Shown: in pieces, positions 1 to 10,714 of the stretch | How the letters are laid out: each line of letters begins with the position of its first letter | How positions within the stretch are numbered: the stretch's first letter is position 1 | NCBI GenBank assembly: GCA_963815115.1 | Contig: CAWFFN010000007.1 | Span: 256,001-320,000, forward strand | Length of the DNA stretch: 64,000 bases | Direction of reading: 5' to 3' | Source: an uncultured delta proteobacterium | GTDB taxonomy: Bacteria > Desulfobacterota > Binatia > DP-6 | Made by a program: the position numbers and the translations under genes | Notes under the pieces: generated by a model | The model's database searches: none | What the model was told of the DNA's origin: nothing | What the model saw: only the letters and a program-made list of their open reading frames with translations

Positions 1-243
1 CGCACCGGTCGGCAAGGGTCGTCGTCACTGCATCACCTTCCTCGCCATGTCATCCGAGGGCGATGTCTTGGGCACGCGCTGGTTGACGCTGGACCGGTCG
101 GGCGGGGTGGACGAGACGGAATCTGCCGCCTGCTCGCCCTTAGGGAAATCCATCGAGAGAGTCAATCACATTCGCTGACGCACCACCCTCGAGCTCACCG
201 CGCAATCAGGGGACAGCTCCTACGCTTCGTTTGCAGCGCGGCG

Positions 244-1554
244 TCAGCCCCTGCCCGAGCGCCGGACATATGAACGGACCCGCCGGATCCGCCGCTGCAC
301 CCGGCGGGCCTTCTCGCTCAGCCACTTGTAGAACGAGGCTCCCACCAGCGTACCCAGCGCGATCGAGGCCATCGCGAACACCACGGTCGTCAGGCCCTCG
401 AGTCCCGCCGCGCGGTCTCCCAGCATGCGCGCCACACTCTCCAGCCCGAGCGATCCGGGCACGAGCAGCCAGAAGCTCGGCAGGAAGGTCACCGTCGCCG
501 GCGGCCCCCGGAAGCGCTGCTGGATCAGGTAGGCGAGCGGCGTGGCGACCAGGGTACCGAAGAAGCCGCTGATCATGCTGCCGAACAGCCCTGCACCCAG
601 CCGCTGAGCCGCCAGCGCGACGAACATCACGAAGAGCATCCACCCGAGGGACCTCGGCGGCGCGGAGAGGTGGATGTACAGGCCGACTCCGAAGAGGACC
701 ACGCCGGCCGCCGCGGCCCACGGCGCTCCCGTGACCTGTGTGGTCGGTTCGAGGAGGTACGTGCTCGGTTCCCCCACCAGCGTCGCGCCCGCCACGAGCC
801 CGAACGCGAGCAGCACCAGCTGCACGAAGCCGGTGATGAGTCGGCTCGAGCCGCTCACCATGTCGCCGTATGCGAGCTCCTTCATGCTGAGCGCGAGCAT
901 GGCGCCCGGCAGGAAGGTGACCAGCGGCGGCACGACCGCCGACAACGCATTCACCGCCAGGCCTCGCTTCTCGGCGTACAGGACGAGCGCTGACACGAGC
1001 GCCGCCGCCACGACCGGCAGCGGGACCGCGAGCATCGTGCGTCCCCTGTTGAGCTCCTTCAGGACCCCGATCACGGTGCCGAGCGCCGCCGCCGCGACGA
1101 GATTGTCGAGCGAAGGCCGGAGCACGATCGCCAGCCCGACCGTCAGGATCGTGTGGCCCACGATGCTGCCGACGGGTCCGAAGCGCGCGGGTGTGCGCAG
1201 GATCGCCGCCAGTCGCTCCAGGCCTTCGCGCGGCGTCATCTCGCCGCGTTGAGCGGCGTCTCCCAGCACGTACACCTCGGCGATCTGGTCCAGACGCAGG
1301 GTCTGTGCCGGTCCCTCGGACAGGGTCACCCGCTCGCCTTGGCCGTCGTCCAGCGAGATGAACACGGCAGTCGGGAACGTCACGACCCGCGCTCCGCGCA
1401 TGCCGTATGCCAGCGCGACGTCGCGCACGATGCGCTCCAGTTCGGCCGTCTGCTCACCGCAGGCGAGATACGCCTGCGCGAGGCGGAACAGGAACTCGAG
1501 CAGGGCGGGTGTTTCGCTTGGCGCCAACTCGGCGGTACGGGGCTGCATGGCCAC
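244..1554 (-). CDS. threonine/serine exporter (ThrE family) membrane protein
   Basis: Hydrophilic N-terminus (LAQAYLACGEQTAELERIV...TFPTAVFIS...LDQIAEV) followed by about 10 hydrophobic segments with FLPGA and LLVPGSLG motifs typical of ThrE. Confidence 0.85.
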   Translation of the reverse strand: MAMQPRTAELAPSETPALLEFLFRLAQAYLACGEQTAELERIVRDVALAYGMRGARVVTFPTAVFISLDDGQGERVTLSEGPAQTLRLDQIAEVYVLGDAAQRGEMTPREGLERLAAILRTPARFGPVGSIVGHTILTVGLAIVLRPSLDNLVAAAALGTVIGVLKELNRGRTMLAVPLPVVAAALVSALVLYAEKRGLAVNALSAVVPPLVTFLPGAMLALSMKELAYGDMVSGSSRLITGFVQLVLLAFGLVAGATLVGEPSTYLLEPTTQVTGAPWAAAAGVVLFGVGLYIHLSAPPRSLGWMLFVMFVALAAQRLGAGLFGSMISGFFGTLVATPLAYLIQQRFRGPPATVTFLPSFWLLVPGSLGLESVARMLGDRAAGLEGLTTVVFAMASIALGTLVGASFYKWLSEKARRVQRRIRRVRSYVRRSGRG

Positions 1555-1837
1555 CCCCCACCTACCGAACGGTGTCCATCGATCAAGTGCGCTCCGGCTT
1601 CACCTCGGTGAGCTGGCGGCTCATGGCGGGGCTTGCCGGTGGAGCGTGGCTCGCCCGCTGTGCACCTCGTCGTCGCGGCCTGATGGCCGATCTTCCCGCC
1701 CGGCGCGTGCTTCGCGCTCTGCAGCGGGCGGGCTCCATGCTCATGCGGCGGCGCGGGTCTGCGATCGCAGCGGATCGGGGAAGGCGCGGCGGGTCATGTG
1801 CGTGACCCCGGCAGCGTGATCAGCGGCGAGAGTTCGT

Positions 1838-2463
1838 TTACGCCCCGCCCAGGCGTGCCAGGGTGTGGCGCACGGCGGCGGCGACGTCGGGCGAGCGCAC
1901 GAGCGCGTCGATCATGGCGACGGCGTCGGCGCCGGCGGCGCGGACGGCGGCCGCCGCGTCCGGAGTGACACCCCCGATGGCGACCAGCGGCAAGGAAACG
2001 GCGGCGCGCACGGCGCGCACCAGATCGAGGCCTCGCGGCGGAAGGGCGCCGCGCTTGGTGGCGGTCACGAACACGGGGCCGACGCCGACGTAGTCGGCGC
2101 CATCCCCGGCGGCCGCGCGGGCCTGCGCGACGTCGTGGGTCGAGACGCCGACCAGGGGGCCGGGGCCGAGGACGGCGCGGGCGGCCGCCACCGGCAGGTC
2201 GTCCTGGCCGAGGTGGACGCCGTCCGCGTGCGCCGCCAGCGCCACGTCGGGGCGGTCGTTGACCAGCAGCAGCGCGCCCGCCCGCGTCGTCTGCACCCGC
2301 ACGGCGCGCGCCGCGGCGAGCAGCTCGCGGCTGCTGGCGTCCTTCAGCCGGAGCTGCAGGAGCCGTGCGCCACCGGCGAGGAGGGCCGCCGCGAGGTCCT
2401 CAGCGGTTCGACCGGTGTCGAGCGGGTCGACGATGGCATAGAGCGGCGGGAGCGCGAGCCGGC

Positions 2464-2467
<4 letters not shown>
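1838..2467 (-). CDS. thiE: thiamine phosphate synthase
   Basis: QLRLK, LVNDRPDVA, DGVHLGQDD, GVSTH, GPVFVTATK and VAIGG motifs; GTG start overlaps the ntrC stop. Confidence 0.95.
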
Positions 2468-3898
<1,431 letters not shown>

Positions 3899-3918
<20 letters not shown>

Positions 3919-5041
3919 GATCCTCACTGACCGGAAGGGTGACGATGAAGCGGGTACCGCGTCCGGGGCGCGGCTCGTAGACGATGATGCCCCCGTGCTC
4001 GGCGACGATGCGATGGCAGACCGCCAGCCCGAGGCCGGTCCCGCGGGCCTTGGTGGTGAAGAAGGGCGAGAAGAGATGGCTCCGGGCGTCCTCGGGGATG
4101 CCCGGGCCGTCGTCCGCGATCGTGACCGAGAGGAACTGGTTGCGATGCGAGCGGCGGCGAACGTGGTAGCGCGTCTCGATGCGGGTCGCGACCGTGAGCT
4201 CGCCGTGACCCCCGAGGGCCTCGACCGCGTTGCGCACCAGGTTCAAGAACACCTGCGTGAGCTGCGCCCGGTCGCCCAGCACCTCGGGGAGGCTGGGGTC
4301 GAACTCGGTGCGAAGGGCGGTGGTTCCCCAGTCCGGGGCCTGGCGCTGGAGAGCGAGGACGTCGTTCAGGATGCGGTGGATGTTCAGCGGCGCGAGCTGC
4401 AGGCGGGGCGGGGTGCCGAGGCTCTTCAGCTGCTCGATCAGCTCGTCGAGACGATCGACCTCGCGGACGATGATGTCGGTGGCCTGGATCTGGCCCTGGT
4501 CCATGAGCTGAGCGCGGAGGAGCTGGGCGGCTCCCTTGATGCCACCGAGGGGGTTGCGGATCTCGTGGGCGAGCCCGAGCGCGACGTCGCCGAGGGCCGC
4601 CAGCTGATCGGCCCGGCGCGTGGTGATGTCGAGCGCGCGCTCGAGGGTGAGGTCGTGGAGCACCAGAACGACGCCGCGCAGCTCGCCCTGCTCGTCGTGT
4701 ACCGGAGCGCAGGAAGCGCTCACCGCGATCTCGTGCTCGCGAGCCCGGAGGCGGTCCTCGCCTCGCCGTCGCGCCAGTCCTTGCTCCAGCGTCGATAGGG
4801 CGAGCTCGGCCAGCCACGCGTTCGCCGAACGGTCACCGAAGAGATCCTGGATCGGGAGGCCGAGCGCCTGGGAGGCGGCGACTCCGGTGAGATGCTCCGC
4901 GGCGGGATTGAGGGCGCTCAGGATGCCGGCGGCATCGAGGGCGATGACGCCGTCGGAGATGCTCGCCAGGACGTCGGCCCAGCGCAGGCGATCGGCCCCC
5001 CGCGGGCTCCCCTCCCGTCTGGGATGGGTGCGCGGCGGCAC
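3899..5041 (-). CDS. ntrB: PAS-domain sensor histidine kinase, NtrB type
   Basis: PAS (LNPAAEHLTG), H-box LAHEIRNPLGGIKGAAQLL, N-box NLVRNA, DDGPG, FFTTK-GTGLGL; likely GTG start at 5041 just after the fmdB stop. Confidence 0.8.
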
Positions 5042-5042
5042 G

Positions 5043-5402
5043 CTAGAGGTCGTCCTCGCCGCCCGCGTCGCCACCGTCCGCCTCGCCGGCTCCGTCACCC
5101 GCCTCGAGCTCGTCCACCATCTCGTCGAAGTCCTCGCCGGCGTCCTCGCCCAGCTCCTTGCCCATCTTGCGCATCCAGCGTGCGACGGTCTTCGGGTCGT
5201 TCTCGTCGAGGCCGGCCGCGTCGTCGCCGAGGCCGTCCATGCGGTCGTCGTCCGAGCGCGGCATCGCGAAGCGGGACATCAGGCGGCTCAGATGGGCGCT
5301 CCCGCACCGGTCGCAGGTCGGCGAGACCTCCTCCGAGATGCGGAGCGTGAGCACGGTGACCTTTTTGCCGCACCCCGCGCAGCGGTACTCGTAGATCGGC
5401 AT
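5043..5402 (-). CDS. FmdB-family zinc-ribbon regulatory protein with acidic tail
   Basis: MPIYEYRCAGCG...CDRCGS...LSRLMSRF signature. Confidence 0.9.
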   Translation of the reverse strand: MPIYEYRCAGCGKKVTVLTLRISEEVSPTCDRCGSAHLSRLMSRFAMPRSDDDRMDGLGDDAAGLDENDPKTVARWMRKMGKELGEDAGEDFDEMVDELEAGDGAGEADGGDAGGEDDL

Positions 5403-5468
5403 GACGGCGGGATTATAACGCCCCGCGCCACCCAGGCCAGCCGGGCAGGTGCCAGGGCGAAGGACGAT

Positions 5469-6896
5469 CTACTTGGCAGCCTTGGCCGCGAAGCCCTTCT
5501 CGCCGTAGGTGAGGGTGGCCTTCTTGCCGTTCATGACCGTGTCGAGCACCACGTCGCGTCCCCAGAGCCGGTGTACGTAGGAGAGGGTGCGCTCGGCGTT
5601 CTCGAGCTGCAGGTCGCGGCCGTCGTGGGCGTGGGAGAGCAGGAGGGTGCGGTTGCCCCCGTGGTCGGCGTCCTCGATCCGGATGACCGGCACGGAGCCC
5701 ATGCCGACGCTTTTCAGCAGCAGCTCCTTCACCGTCCGCCAGCCTTCCTCGTCGGACACGTCGCTGATCACGAGGTCGTCGCCGCGAGGCTCGATGCGGA
5801 TGAGATCGAGCTCCCGCATGAGCTCCTCGCCCAGCCAGCGGCGGATGAACGACACGTCACGGTCGACCTCGCGGGTCTCGAAGAGCAGGTCGCGCCCGGT
5901 CTTGCCGGGCGGAATCCGCTCGCGCTCGTCGGGCGTCGGATCGTTGCCGCAGCGCTCGATGTCCTCCCACATGCGCAGCCCGAGGTGGTAGGGGTTGAGC
6001 CCTCCCGGGATCGGCCGCACCACCTGGTTGTGGCGGACGAGGAACTCGAGGTGTAGCGCCTGCGGCAGGTCGAGGCTGTCGAGGATGCGCTTGTGCCAGA
6101 ACGAGGCCCAGCCCTCGTTCATGATCTTGGTCTCGATCTGCGGGATGAAGTACTGCGCGCTCTCGTGGACGATGGTGAGGAGATCGCGTTCCCAGTTGGT
6201 GAGGAAGGGATTGTGGTCGCGGATGAACAGGAGGACGTCCTCCTCGGGCGACGGGGGCGTGCGCTTCAAGTCGACCTCGACCTGCTCCTGGCGCTTGTGG
6301 ATCTTCTGGAAGGGATCCGGGGGGCGGATCGCCGCTTCCGCCAGGCGATCACGCTCCGCGGCGGTCGAGAGCTTGCGTACGGCGAGGTTGCGGCGGCACT
6401 GCAGCGACAGCGAGTGGGCGGCATCGAGAATCGACTCGACCTTGTCGGAGCCGATGCTCGGATCCTCGGCGTAGCTGCGTACCCGATCGGCGTGCGACTT
6501 GAACGTGCCGGTGGTGAACTCGGCGCGCGTGGAGCCGAAGGTGAAGTTGGACTTGAAGAAGTCGTTGTGCCCGTAGACGTGGGCGATGGTGAGGATCTGG
6601 AGGCAGAGGGTGTTGTCCCGCATCAGGTAGGCGAGGGCGGGACTCGAGTTGATCACCATCTCGTACGGCAATCCGGAGACGCCGTGGTCGTACAGGGTCT
6701 TCAGCTTCTCGTAGGCCTTGCCGTACGACCAGTGGGGGTAGTGCGACGGCATGCCCGAGTAGGCCATGTAGCCGAGCATCTGGTTGTGGTCGCACAGCTC
6801 GAACTCCTGCGCATAGCAGTCGAGACCGAACTCCTCGACCTTCTCGCGGACGCGGGCGTCCCAGTACTCGAGATCCTTGACCGTGTAGTTGGCCAC
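5469..6896 (-). CDS. spoVR: SpoVR family protein
   Basis: GMPSHYPHWSYGK, LPYEMVINS, AHVYGHNDFFK and TKIMNEGWASFWH motifs; GTG start at 6896 (the ORF-track extension upstream is spurious). Confidence 0.93.
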   Translation of the reverse strand: MANYTVKDLEYWDARVREKVEEFGLDCYAQEFELCDHNQMLGYMAYSGMPSHYPHWSYGKAYEKLKTLYDHGVSGLPYEMVINSSPALAYLMRDNTLCLQILTIAHVYGHNDFFKSNFTFGSTRAEFTTGTFKSHADRVRSYAEDPSIGSDKVESILDAAHSLSLQCRRNLAVRKLSTAAERDRLAEAAIRPPDPFQKIHKRQEQVEVDLKRTPPSPEEDVLLFIRDHNPFLTNWERDLLTIVHESAQYFIPQIETKIMNEGWASFWHKRILDSLDLPQALHLEFLVRHNQVVRPIPGGLNPYHLGLRMWEDIERCGNDPTPDERERIPPGKTGRDLLFETREVDRDVSFIRRWLGEELMRELDLIRIEPRGDDLVISDVSDEEGWRTVKELLLKSVGMGSVPVIRIEDADHGGNRTLLLSHAHDGRDLQLENAERTLSYVHRLWGRDVVLDTVMNGKKATLTYGEKGFAAKAAK

Positions 6897-6904
6897 CGGC
6901 CGCC

Positions 6905-8119
6905 TCAGCTCTGGTCCCGGGCGCCGCGATCCTTGCCCAGGAACGCCTTGAAGGAGGGCCAGATGTCCTCCTTGCGCTCGATGAGGACGGTCTGGAAGTT
7001 GTCGGCGTCGAGGCGGCGGAAGATGTTCAGCATGGAGCTCTCGTAGTAGCGGGAGCCGAGCGGCTTGATCTCGCCGTAGCCGAAGAGGTTGCAGACGTCG
7101 CTGAGGTCGCGCGCGGCGCGCAACGCCTGGGGGTTGTCGGAGTCGAAGTTGTCGCCGTCGGAGCAATGGAAGGCGTAGATGTTCCAGAGCGACGGGTGGT
7201 AGCGCGCCTGCACGATGTCGAGGGCCTTCAGATAGGCGGACGAGATGAACGTGCCCCCGGACTCGCCCTTGTGGAAGAACTCCTCCTCCGTGACCTCCTT
7301 GGCCTCGGTGTGATGGGCGATGAAGGCGATCTCGACGTTGCGATACTTGGTGCAGATGAACTGGTAGAGGAGGAAGAAGAAGCTGCGCGCCAGGTACTTC
7401 TTCATCGTGTCCATCGAGCCGGACGTGTCCATCAGGCAGAGGACCACCGCGTTGGACTCCTTGCGCGTGTCGGTGATCATGTGCCGGTAGATGAGGTCGT
7501 CGTCGTGGAACGGGAAGCGGCGCGGCGACTGCGATTCGGGCGCGGCCGGCGAGTCGAGGCGATCGGCGGTCTGATGCTGGATCACGGCCATGCGCCGGCG
7601 AGCCCGTTCGCGGGCCGTCCGGCGCTTGTCGAGACGGATGCGAATGCCGACCGAGCGATAGCCCTTGCGCTTCGACATCCGGAAGGCCTCGATCTGCCGC
7701 AAGGCCTTGCGCTCGAGGTCGGGGAGCTCGAGATCCTCGAACATGATGTCGATGAGCTCCTCGAGCGTGACGTCGGTCTCGTAGTAGTCGGCGCCGGGCT
7801 GGTCGCCGGCCTTGTCCTCGCCGGCGCCCTGCGAGCGCGCCTTGCCGACCACCTGGCCGCTCTCGGAGTCGCCGTTGCCCTGCCCGACGCCGGGCGCGTT
7901 GTCGCCGTAGACGAAGCGGTACTCGCGGATCCCGCGGATCGGCACCTTGATGATGCGATCGCGGTTCTGCCCGATGATGGACTCCTCCGCGATGATGTCC
8001 GCGATGTTCTCGCGGATGGACTCGCGGACCTTCAGGCGATGCCGCGCACGGTCACCGGCGGAGCGGTCGCTCCGTTCGGCGTCCGACGGCGTGTACGGAC
8101 GGAAGATGGCGTCGGTCAT
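6905..8119 (-). CDS. yeaH: YeaH/YhbH (DUF444) vWA-type protein
   Basis: LMDTSGSM, ESGGTFISSA and FHCSDGDN motifs; lies between prkA and spoVR. Confidence 0.93.
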   Translation of the reverse strand: MTDAIFRPYTPSDAERSDRSAGDRARHRLKVRESIRENIADIIAEESIIGQNRDRIIKVPIRGIREYRFVYGDNAPGVGQGNGDSESGQVVGKARSQGAGEDKAGDQPGADYYETDVTLEELIDIMFEDLELPDLERKALRQIEAFRMSKRKGYRSVGIRIRLDKRRTARERARRRMAVIQHQTADRLDSPAAPESQSPRRFPFHDDDLIYRHMITDTRKESNAVVLCLMDTSGSMDTMKKYLARSFFFLLYQFICTKYRNVEIAFIAHHTEAKEVTEEEFFHKGESGGTFISSAYLKALDIVQARYHPSLWNIYAFHCSDGDNFDSDNPQALRAARDLSDVCNLFGYGEIKPLGSRYYESSMLNIFRRLDADNFQTVLIERKEDIWPSFKAFLGKDRGARDQS

Positions 8120-8144
8120 CCGGGTCGGCTTGCCCGGGAGACCC

Positions 8145-10076
8145 TCAGTCCTTCCAGAGGTTGTTGGCGGCGTACTTGAGCACGACGTCGACGCAGCTCA
8201 TGCAGTAGCCGGACTCGAGGAGGTTCTGGACCATGGCGTCGTATTTCTCGGTCTGCTCCTCGTCACGGGTCCGCGCCTTGGTGATGATCCGGCTGATGTC
8301 ACGGACGGAGGTCATCAGCTTCTTCTCGATGGCCTCCTTGAGGGGCTCGTAGGAGCGGTAGGACACGCGCTCCCCTCGCCGGCTGGACGCCCAGAGATAC
8401 GCGATGACCTCCTGCCGGAAACCCTCTGCCGCGGAACCGATGATCGCGATCTGCTCCTCGATGGACTTGAGGAATCCCTCGTCGGGCTGCAGCTCCTCCT
8501 TGGTGTTCCGGTCCTTGACCCTCGTCTTGTTGACGAACGCCTCGGCGTGGTCGAGGTAGTTCTGGAAGAGCGCCTCGGCCTGCTCCTGGTAGGAGAAGAC
8601 GAAGGCCTTGGTGATCTCCTTCTCGAGAATCTCGAGGTACTCCTTGTGCAGCACGTCCTGGAGGAACTCGAGATACTGCTTGCGATTGTCGTCGGGAAGG
8701 TCGGTCTCCTTCACCATGTTGATCAGCGCCTCGCGGACGTTGATCGGATTGATGCAGTTGCCTTCGACGTTGTCGGACAGCGCATTGTCGAGGGCCTTCA
8801 TGATGAAGCGGGTGGAGATGCCGTTCATGCCCTCGCGCTTGGTGTCGTCACGCAGCTCCTGGGCGTCGAGCTTCTTGGTCTTGCCCTTCTCGACGACCTC
8901 TTCGCCGTTGTAGAGCTTGAGCTTCGTCATGAGGTCGCACTTGGGCGTCGGCTCGAGGCGCGACAGGATCGCGAACATCGAGGCCACGTCGAGCGTGTGC
9001 GGCGCGACGTGGGCGCGGAAGTCCGAGTGGCGGATGATCTTCTGGTAGATCTTCACCTCCTCGGAGAGGCGCAGGTTGTACGGCACCTTCACGACGACGA
9101 TGCGGTCGAGGATGGCCTCGTTCGTGTGATCGGCCTTGAACTTCTGCCACTCCGCCTCGTTGGAATGGGCGACGATGCAGGTGTCGACGTAGACCATGCC
9201 GTGACGGCCGGGCGCGGGAATGACCTTCTCCTGCGTCGCGGTGATCATGGCGTGGAGATACTCGGTCTCGTTCTTGAAGACCTCGATGAACTCGACCATG
9301 CCGCGGTTGCCGACGTTGAGGGCGCCGTTCAGGTCGAGCACGCGGGGATCGCCCTCACTGTAGAGGTCGAGCTTCGAGATGTCCTCGCTGCCGATCAGGA
9401 CCGAGGTGTCCTGGTTGTTCGGGTCGACCGGCGGCACGACGCCGATGCCGACGCGGTTGCGCTTGGAGAACTCGCGCGTGACGACCGGGAACTCCTCGTA
9501 GCGCGTGCTGAACTCCTCCTTCAGGCGGAAGCGGCACACCGGGCACAGGTCGCCCTCGATGTTGACGCCGAGCATCTTCTCGAATTCCTTGCGCAGGTGG
9601 CGGGGGAGGAGGTGGAGCGGCTCTTCGAACATCGGACAGCCGTCGATCGTGTACACGGCGTCGGATTGTTCGAGGCCACGCTGCAGCTTTTCCACCAGGG
9701 AGCTCTTGCCGGAGCCGACGGGCCCCATCAGGTAGAGCACCTGGCGACTCTCCTCGCCCTTCAGCGACGCGGAGTGGAAGTAGCGGACGATCTGACTGAT
9801 CGTCTTCTCGATCCCGAAGAACTCGTCGCGAAAGAAATTGTAGACCTTGAGCGCCTCGTCTTTGTAGAGGCGTTTCACGCGCGGGTCTTCGGACTGGAGG
9901 ATGTCCTGCGTCCCGTCTCGCATGATCATGTCGTAGAGACGGCCGTGGGTGAGCTTCGAGAGGCCAGGACCCTGGCGAACCATCTCGAGGTACTCCAGGA
10001 ACGTCCCGCGCCAGCGCTTCGATTCGCGCGCCGCGCGGTCTTCGCGGATCAACTGCTCGAAGGAGGGCTTGTCCAT
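8145..10076 (-). CDS. prkA: PrkA/YeaG serine protein kinase (AAA+)
   Basis: GPVGSGKSS Walker A, CPMFEEPLHL, DPNNQDTSVLIGS, NRGMVEFIEVFK; SD GAGGAG upstream. Confidence 0.95.
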   Translation of the reverse strand: MDKPSFEQLIREDRAARESKRWRGTFLEYLEMVRQGPGLSKLTHGRLYDMIMRDGTQDILQSEDPRVKRLYKDEALKVYNFFRDEFFGIEKTISQIVRYFHSASLKGEESRQVLYLMGPVGSGKSSLVEKLQRGLEQSDAVYTIDGCPMFEEPLHLLPRHLRKEFEKMLGVNIEGDLCPVCRFRLKEEFSTRYEEFPVVTREFSKRNRVGIGVVPPVDPNNQDTSVLIGSEDISKLDLYSEGDPRVLDLNGALNVGNRGMVEFIEVFKNETEYLHAMITATQEKVIPAPGRHGMVYVDTCIVAHSNEAEWQKFKADHTNEAILDRIVVVKVPYNLRLSEEVKIYQKIIRHSDFRAHVAPHTLDVASMFAILSRLEPTPKCDLMTKLKLYNGEEVVEKGKTKKLDAQELRDDTKREGMNGISTRFIMKALDNALSDNVEGNCINPINVREALINMVKETDLPDDNRKQYLEFLQDVLHKEYLEILEKEITKAFVFSYQEQAEALFQNYLDHAEAFVNKTRVKDRNTKEELQPDEGFLKSIEEQIAIIGSAAEGFRQEVIAYLWASSRRGERVSYRSYEPLKEAIEKKLMTSVRDISRIITKARTRDEEQTEKYDAMVQNLLESGYCMSCVDVVLKYAANNLWKD

Positions 10077-10226
10077 TGACGTGAGCTCCTCTCGGCTCGC
10101 CGTATAGTCAGCTGCATCAGGGGCCGGCTCGACCGGTCTTCCCCCCTGCGATGGTCAGCGCTGCGTCGCAAAGAACCACCGTCGCAATACCGGGCACGCT
10201 GCATTGGCGCTCCGGGATCCGAACGA

Positions 10227-10242
10227 AGCAAGCCTTGTGCCG
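10227..10242 (-). promoter_or_regulatory. sigma54 (-24/-12) promoter motif, proximal to prkA
   Basis: Minus strand CGGCACAAGGCTTGCT = GG-N10-GC with GGCAC and TTGC consensus. Confidence 0.75.
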
Positions 10243-10414
10243 TGACGGAAAGATGCAGGCCTGTGGCGAGGTGACAGGCCCCATTCCTTCAATCCCGTGC
10301 AGGGTGCGGGGGATGACTCCCTCCGACGAACTCAGCGTCTCGCTGTGCCGCGCCGCTCCCGACTTCCACAACCACCTCAGACGTGCGTTCGGACGCTCTC
10401 GGATCGCCCCTACA

Positions 10415-10430
10415 CGCAAAGCGTGGGCCA
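10415..10430 (-). promoter_or_regulatory. second sigma54 (-24/-12) promoter motif
   Basis: Minus strand TGGCCCACGCTTTGCG = TGGC...TTGC with GG-N10-GC spacing. Confidence 0.6.
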
Positions 10431-10458
10431 GGTTACCGCGCAGCCCGCACGGTGTCAA
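10430..10458 (-). promoter_or_regulatory. sigma70-type promoter
   Basis: Minus strand TTGACA-N17-TAACCT. Confidence 0.65.
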
Positions 10459-10521
10459 GTTTCGTCGGTGGCGCCAGGACTTCGGCGCGCGAGGCGCACG
10501 GCGTCAACGGAGAGAGCAGAG

Positions 10522-10593
10522 TGGTCCCAGGGGGAATCGAACCCCCGCTACCGACGTGAGAGGCCGGTGTCCTAGCCGCTAGACGATGGGACC
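10522..10593 (-). tRNA. tRNA-Glu (anticodon CTC)
   Basis: GGTCCCA acceptor stem, anticodon arm CCGGC-CTCTCAC-GTCGG, T-loop GGTTCGATTCC; CCA not encoded. Confidence 0.97.
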
Positions 10594-10601
10594 GGCGGGA
10601 G

Positions 10602-10674
10602 CTGAGGAGGGAGGACTCGAACCTCCAATCGCCTGATCCAGAGTCAGGTGGCTTACCAATTAGCCCACTCCTCA
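10602..10674 (-). tRNA. tRNA-Gln (anticodon CTG)
   Basis: TGAGGAG/CTCCTCA acceptor stem (U1-A72), anticodon arm CCTGA-CTCTGGA-TCAGG, T-loop GGTTCGAGTCC; CCA not encoded. Confidence 0.97.
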
Positions 10675-10685
10675 AGAACGCGCGG

Positions 10686-10714
10686 ACGCTAGTGCAAGGG
10701 ATGCGGGGAGTCAA
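10686..10714 (-). promoter_or_regulatory. sigma70-type promoter for the tRNA-Gln/tRNA-Glu pair
   Basis: Minus strand TTGACT-N17-TAGCGT, ending 11 nt before tRNA-Gln. Confidence 0.6.

Noticed and set aside
1-153. Short minus-strand ORF (MDFPKGEQ...) and a possible gene start at GTG 28
   Set aside because: Too short or truncated by the window edge to assign.
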